Of a stretch of DNA of 64,000 nucleotides, positions 57,050 through 64,000 are shown one piece after another. Below the pieces are notes generated by a model. That model worked only from the letters and a program-made list of their open reading frames with translations. It had not been told where the DNA came from and made no database searches. The stretch comes from Octopus vulgaris. Lineage: Eukaryota. Location: the NCBI GenBank assembly GCA_951406725.2, contig OX597824.1, positions 97,898,001 to 97,962,000 on the forward strand. Direction: 5' to 3'. A program made the position numbers and the translations under genes. Position 1 is the stretch's first letter; the number at the start of each line of letters is the position of its first letter.

Positions 57050-57432
57050 TCTCTCTCTATATAAACGGCAGTTTGTCTGTGCGTGTTTCTGTGTGTCTGT
57101 TTGCTTGTACCCTCACCCTGACCACGGCTTTCAACCGATTCTGATGAAACTTGACACACACATAGCCCAATGTCATAATTCAAAACTAACGCAGTGAAAA
57201 TTTTGAAAAGTTCCCCCCAGTTCTGAAAAAAATCGATAAATTCGACATGGGGTCGAGAATCAGAAACACGAACCACAAACTGTCTAGGGGACGCAACTCC
57301 ACCTTTTTTAAATCTCAAAAAAATTTACCATCATTTTTTTCCATTTTTTGCTATTTTTTGGCTATAACTCTCTAAAAATGCTTTATAGTCATTTCCCTTA
57401 CAAACCCGAGCAACGCCGGGCGATACTGCTAG
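57050..57432 (+). mobile_element. Non-autonomous Helitron
   Basis: 5' TC(TC)nTATATAAA, ctgt-rich subterminal tract, 3' GC-rich hairpin cccgagcaacgccggg (57405-57420), CTAG terminus, inserted between A and T. Confidence 0.85.
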
Positions 57433-57443
57433 TATATATATAC

Positions 57444-57478
<35 letters not shown>

Positions 57479-57499
57479 CTAATATATATATATACTAAT

Positions 57500-57533
<34 letters not shown>

Positions 57534-57565
57534 ATATATATATATATACTAATTTATATATATAC

Positions 57566-57604
<39 letters not shown>

Positions 57605-57609
57605 TATAC

Positions 57610-57640
<31 letters not shown>

Positions 57641-57647
57641 TATACAT

Positions 57648-57678
<31 letters not shown>

Positions 57679-57756
57679 CATATATATATATATATATGCA
57701 TATATATATATATATGCATATATATATATATATATATGCATATATATATATATATA

Positions 57757-57802
<46 letters not shown>

Positions 57803-57963
57803 CGACGGGCTTCTTTCAGTTTCCGTCTACCAAATCCACTCACAAGGATTTAGTCGGTCCGGGGCTATAGTAGAAGAAACTAGCCCAAGGTGCCACGCAG
57901 TGGGACTGAACCTAGAACCATGTGGTTGGCAAGTAAGCTACTTACTACACAGCCACTCCTAAG

Positions 57964-57966
<3 letters not shown>
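57803..57966 (-). mobile_element. SINE family A head
   Basis: cgacgggcttctttcagtttccgtctaccaaatccactcacaagg...cacagccactcct. Confidence 0.8.
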
Positions 57967-58012
<46 letters not shown>

Positions 58013-58519
58013 GGTGATGGTCGTGGTAGCACTGGTTCCTACCGACCTCCTACTCATAATGTTGATGTTGTACATCAACCTAAATGTCTTTATGAAATAA
58101 CTTCCCGGCGGTTATGCCTGTCTGTCTGTCTGTCGATATGCTTTTCAATAAATATAAAGGATGCAGGTTTGGTGGGGGTGTCGGGGAGAGGAGGGGGACA
58201 TTGCTCAGGTGACGGGGTTACACTGACATGTTGATTTTGGATACGAAGTGGTGGTGGAGGTGGTGGTGGTGGTGGTGGTGGTGATAGTGGTGGTGGTATC
58301 ACAGAAATGGCAGAAATAGATTGAGATGTCTGCGCGCACGTGTGTATGAGCAATTGTATATATGTGTATGTGTATATATATGTGTGTGTGTGTGTGTGAA
58401 GTACTTTAATGTTGTTAATCGGCGGAGATTTTGTTGTTATGGGGTGTTTTTTGTGTGTTATTTTCTCCATTTTCTTTTCTTTATCCGACATGAAATCACT
58501 AACCACCACCACCACCCCC

Positions 58520-58520
<1 letters not shown>

Positions 58521-58591
<71 letters not shown>
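58521..58591. repeat. Poly(C) homopolymer (~71 nt)
   Basis: Direct inspection. Confidence 0.95.
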
Positions 58592-58906
58592 ACCACGCCG
58601 CCACCTCCTCCGCCCTAAACCCCCCAACAGCTATTTTCAGCCCCATAAAACCACTTCAAAGAAGACATTCCAGAACTCAAACTCCACAACTGGTGGCAAA
58701 AAGTAGAGGGAAATATATAGAAATGGTGGCGGCGGTGGCGACGATGGGTGTGACGGTGGTGGTGGTGAGAGGGGTAGAGGAGGAGGAGGATGGGTAGGGA
58801 GGAGGGAAGCGCAGAGGGGCGGGAGATAATATATAGATCAATAAATTATATATATTAAAAAAAAACATATATATATATATAAAGCTGTGAAGGAATGTGC
58901 ACTGAT

Positions 58907-58950
<44 letters not shown>

Positions 58951-59234
58951 TAATAATAACAATGATGACATTGATGATGATGATGATGATGAGGGTTTTT
59001 TTATTTGCCATCAGGGTGATGTATGAGTGGGGGGAGGCGACAATACAAAGACGGACATAAAGTGAGGGGATTTACATAGAATGAATAAGATGAAAAAAAA
59101 ATTAAATGCAAATAATAATAATAAAAATAATAATAATAAAAATAATAAAAATAATAATAATAATAAAGAACCTGCAGCAACAGCTTTATGTGCGTCTGGC
59201 AAACGCAGAAGTTTTCGCATGAAGTGGTAACTGG

Positions 59235-59840
59235 GAAGAAATAGCAGCCAGATCTCCTCGAGAACGTATCTTCAAAAATTGAAGGACACATTGGATAACG
59301 TAGTTCTAGATATAGAAATGAGATGAGATGGTCATGGCTAGAATGCCCTTTGTCATGCAGTAGTGTGTGTCTTTGTTAAGTGTCAGCTGACTGAGGGTTA
59401 AGCAGCAACGGTAGCAACGGGGAGAGATTCTAAGGAGTCAGTCGACCAGCCTGCAAGACATAGTAGCAAAATCGACCCCCAAATCACACGTTAACGTCTT
59501 AGATAAGGGAAGGATGTATTGGTGCTGTACTAAAAATATGGGATGGTCACCTTTGGATCATGGGTCTGCTGAATCAGGTCTGACCTGGGGCTATACAATA
59601 GCACAACAACAACAATAACCACATATTCCCCTGGTCAATGCGAAAGCCTCTACCTGGTCAATTAGCCAGCCAGACATAGCAGTCAAATCTCCTTCATGTC
59701 TCTACCGCCTTTAAAAGAAAAGGAAGGACGAACACAATTGTTGCTGAGGTTCTAGATAGACACACTGAATAATAAGTGACGGTCGTGGTTGGAATGTCTT
59801 TGATGTTTAGTCTGCTTGATCAGGGGGTGACCTGGGGGGG
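59235..59840 (+). repeat. Three head-to-tail diverged copies of an old ~200-bp interspersed repeat (family E)
   Basis: Shared motifs atagcagccaaatctcc / gaaggac..attgg / ctagata / ggatggtca.ggctggaatg / ctgacctgggg; related copies near 2385-2560, 11400-11570 and 46490-46720. Confidence 0.6.
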
Positions 59841-60669
59841 GGGGAGGTTAAACGAATTACAGTTAATCTCAATACAACCATCGTCGTCATCACTACCATC
59901 ACAATTATCATCAACATCATCATCATTGCCATCCCCACCACCATCACTGCCATCTTCACTATGACATCATCATCATCACCATCATCACCAACACCACAAC
60001 CACGTCAACCACCATGTCATCATCACCCTCACCGCCGCCGCCACTGTCCCCATCCCACCCCTCACCACCATCACTACCACCACCATCACCACCCCCGTCA
60101 CAACCACCATCACCACCACCATCGCCCAAAGCAATCACTGTACCCCTATCTCTAATCCACCATAAAAATATCCCTCTCATCTTTGTCCCCCCCTCCTCTT
60201 CATCATATCACTGGAATGTCTCTTAATGTCTTGGTGACCATCACCCTGTAATATTATGCATTGGGTGGGGGTATACAAGAGACATGCAAATGTGGTGGAG
60301 AGAGAGAGAGAGAGAGATGAAGGAAGAGGGATAGAGAGGGAGAAAGACAGAGAGAAAAGGAGATAGCGGGATTGTTATAGAAAGATAGAGGGAGTGGGAA
60401 GAGAGATGGAGAGTCCAATGATGAAGAGAGAGAGAGAAGTAAGGAGGTAATGATGAGAGAGGGAAAGAGGGAGTGATACTATGAAAGAGAAAGAGAGTGG
60501 GAGAGAGAGAGAGAGAGAGAGAGAGGAAGGCAAAGATAAAGAAGTGAAAGTGAAAGTGAAAGTATAAAGGATCAAAAAGACAGGCAGACAGACAGACACG
60601 CAAAAGACAGACAGACGCGGCAGACAAAAGGAAAAGTTATGACAAAGAGATGAAATATGTAGAGCGCAG

Positions 60670-60790
60670 TTATGGTGACGTCACGGCGGTGACGGTGACC
60701 GTATCAGAGCATCAGAGCGCATAGCTTCGTCTTTAACATTCCCTCACCAATCAACCGTGACAGATAATCTTTTGTCATGGCGGACATGTT
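60670..60790 (+). promoter_or_regulatory. Possible promoter or enhancer-like motif cluster
   Basis: CRE palindrome TGACGTCA 60676-60683, CCAAT 60747-60751 and YY1-like ATGGCGG 60777-60783 in locally CpG-rich, non-repetitive DNA; no transcript evidence. Confidence 0.25.
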
Positions 60791-60844
60791 GCTTGCTTCG
60801 CGTATTCCCCCACCACCTCCCTCTCGCGCTCTCGCATTTCTTTT

Positions 60845-60901
<57 letters not shown>

Positions 60902-61074
60902 CTATCTGTCTCTCCTGCCCATGTGTGTGTGTGAGAGAGAGAGAGAGAGACGTGTTCACATTCCACACCTAATGACTATCATAACAGCCGTACGATGATG
61001 TGTTGCATGTCTTTTCAACAAGTGATACATACTTGCGAGGGGAAACGCAATTTTTCCTATTTTATTTACATAGA

Positions 61075-61610
<536 letters not shown>

Positions 61611-61892
61611 TCATACATCCATCCATACATTGCACACTTCCATATTGCTTTTTGTTGTTTGTTTGCATGGTGTTTTTTGTCCTTTCCATTGCACATGAAA
61701 CTGTCTCCTTGTGTTTCGTGTGCATGGGTGTGTGGGTGTGTACGTTTATATGGATGGGTGGACGGAAATATTTATTTATGTGTATGTGGATTAATGTATA
61801 TATATGTTATTATTTTGATTTACTTGCAGAACCGGTTTTGTAAGCAACATTGAAGCCCCACTGGAATTCCATCAGCATCAACACGATAGATG

Positions 61893-61929
<37 letters not shown>

Positions 61930-62044
61930 ATTTCTAGGGTTTGTTTCATGTACGAAATCTCATACATTCTCGATGCATGTCTGGACATATACAAAAACGC
62001 TAAACTTTTTAGAAAGGTTTACATCTGCATGTATGTGTGTGTGT

Positions 62045-62093
<49 letters not shown>

Positions 62094-62269
62094 GGTATGG
62101 TGATGCAAATAGTCTTCAAAATAAGAGTATATGTATATCTTTGTTAATATTTGGCAGAAGTCACAGAGTGACTCAAGCCTCGAGAGTTTCGTGCGTTAGC
62201 ACGTATCAGACTAGTTTAATATATATATGTGTGTGTATGTATGTATATATATATATATATATATAACTA

Positions 62270-62430
62270 TCCATGTTGGATCTCCACCTTTAGAAGAGCA
62301 AATCGACCCCAGGACTTATTCTTTGTAAGCCTAGTATATATTCTATTTTGCCGAACCGCTAAGTTACGGGAACGTAAACATACCATCATCGCTTGTCAAG
62401 CAATGCTGGACGGGGAGAAACACAGACGCA
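62270..62430 (-). mobile_element. SINE family A tail
   Basis: gcaaatcgaccccaggacttattctttgtaagcctagta..ttttgccgaaccgctaagttacgg. Confidence 0.75.
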
Positions 62431-62433
62431 CAA

Positions 62434-62523
<90 letters not shown>

Positions 62524-62705
62524 CTGGAATTACGAGATTCAGTGATTGGTGCAGGTCCTTCTGCTCCCAGATGTCTGGGGAAATGCCAGAGTTCTTCATG
62601 TGTCTCTTCAGCACATCCCTGTATCGCAGACTCCGGCCACCACGGCTCCTCCTGCCCCGACTCAGTTCAGCAGAGAAAACTGCCTTTGGGAGACTGTACT
62701 TTTGG
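62524..62705 (-). mobile_element. RTE-clade LINE C-terminal fragment
   Basis: SLPKAVFSAELSRGRRSRGGRSLRYRDVLKRHMKNSGISPDIWE, a typical RTE C-terminus. Confidence 0.75.
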
Positions 62706-63269
62706 GTTGGCATGGCAACTCGTCGAGAAGTGAGTACTTTTTGAAGAGTTCACTGCCGACCCATGATGTGTTATTCACTTCATATTTGAGCACTTGGTTG
62801 ATATATTTACTTCCGTTATTTAATAGATACAGTCTGAATAATAGCATTGGAAATCCCAAAAGCTGTTTGCACTGAACTTAAGCTTCCTCTTATCTCATGC
62901 ATTCTGAGATACACCCTTTCCTATATTAAATTTTCTGTGAAAGCTTCCAGTTGCTGCAAGGATGTTGCGAGGTGTAATATCTAAAGACCGTTTTTTTTTC
63001 TAAAACCACTTAAGCAGCTCAGAAAGTTTTATCAGAACTGATACTGCAGATGCAATGAAGGAAAGCACCAAGTGCAATTTTAAACTACACACACATAAAC
63101 ACACACACGCACGCACACAACCAAACAAACAAACACACACACATATTTGCATATATGTATGTGTGTTTTGGAGAGAGCATAAATTTCATTAATTCACACT
63201 AATCTAGTTTCCAGTCAGATGGGGGTGGGGCTGGCGATTTAATACGGTTGAGGGGGTTGAACGCCCCAC

Positions 63270-63700
63270 CCCAGGCAGATAGGGAGTCTATTGATCTTGG
63301 CAGAAATGAATGGCAAAAAAAGATCTTGCCTAAAGTAAGGGATTTTGAAGTATGAAACGAGAACTATGGGAAGATAACATCTTACTAAACATGTGGCAAG
63401 AATTTCCAGAAAAAAAAAAATCTTACCACATGAGTTTTCGCATCTGAAAACTCATCCTACATGGTTTTTGTGTCATTCGTGTCATTTGCACATCATTCCA
63501 GGAGATACGGTCTCATGCCATCTTCGTTATAAGATTTACCAGTCCTGTACTGCTCTGAAAAGGCATTTAAACATCCACAAATCAGACCAGACAAACAACA
63601 TGGCGTCACTTCATGTGAGACATATATTTGCACTGCTTGTAATGCAAATTTCAAACAGTTCTTGGTACCCAAAGGCCACTTACGTGCTCACACACGGGAA
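63270..63700 (+). pseudogene. Degenerate RTE-like C-terminus followed by three C2H2 zinc-finger remnants
   Basis: RESIDLGRNEWQKKILPKVRDFE, then Y*TCGKNF..SHLKTH, SCHL(R)YKIYQSCTALKRHLNIH, and YICTACNANFKQFLVPKGHLRAH (exact C-x2-C-x12-H-x3-H). Stops and frameshifts are present. Confidence 0.6.
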
Positions 63701-64000
63701 AAGCATATCTAATGAGAAATGGTCTAGCTTTGAAAAGGAACAGATTAATTCTCTTTATGTAATGCACAAATATGTATGTTTGTATGTATTGTAAATATGT
63801 GTATATTTGGATGTACGTATATATGTGTATATATGTGCATGTACGTATATATGGATGTGGGTGTAAGATTTATGTCAGAAAGTTCTGGTTCTTAATGATA
63901 GCTTAAAGAAACTGGAAAAATTATTTTCACATCGTGGTATGCGTGTTTGCATTTATATGTGTGTATGTGTACATGTATAAGTATGTGTGTATACATGTAT

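Overview
This is eukaryotic, AT-rich, very microsatellite-dense DNA. The SINE families and the (TA)n/(TATG)n/(GATA)n load suggest a cephalopod, probably Octopus (inference). I found no intact host protein-coding gene, tRNA, rRNA or CRISPR array; most listed ORFs are translated simple repeats. The window is a mosaic of transposable elements: a near-complete but disrupted Penelope-like retroelement (PLE; reverse transcriptase + GIY-YIG endonuclease, ~50.9-54.0 kb) with a hammerhead ribozyme (HHR) in its 3' region; a second, decayed PLE; CR1, RTE, Hero-like and R4/Dong-like LINE fragments; Tc1/mariner and pogo/Tigger remnants; a non-autonomous Helitron; and four tRNA-derived SINE families in many copies. 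The most striking pattern is a set of short, non-coding fold-back (inverted-repeat) elements with no obvious similarity to one another. Each sits in a (TA)n tract, and most carry a minimal hammerhead motif whose helix III is palindromic. They cluster at ~15.8-16.6 kb, 38.6-39.5 kb and 55.0-56.7 kb and look like several families of non-autonomous, microsatellite-associated PLE derivatives. All calls were made by eye; coordinates of degenerate elements are approximate.
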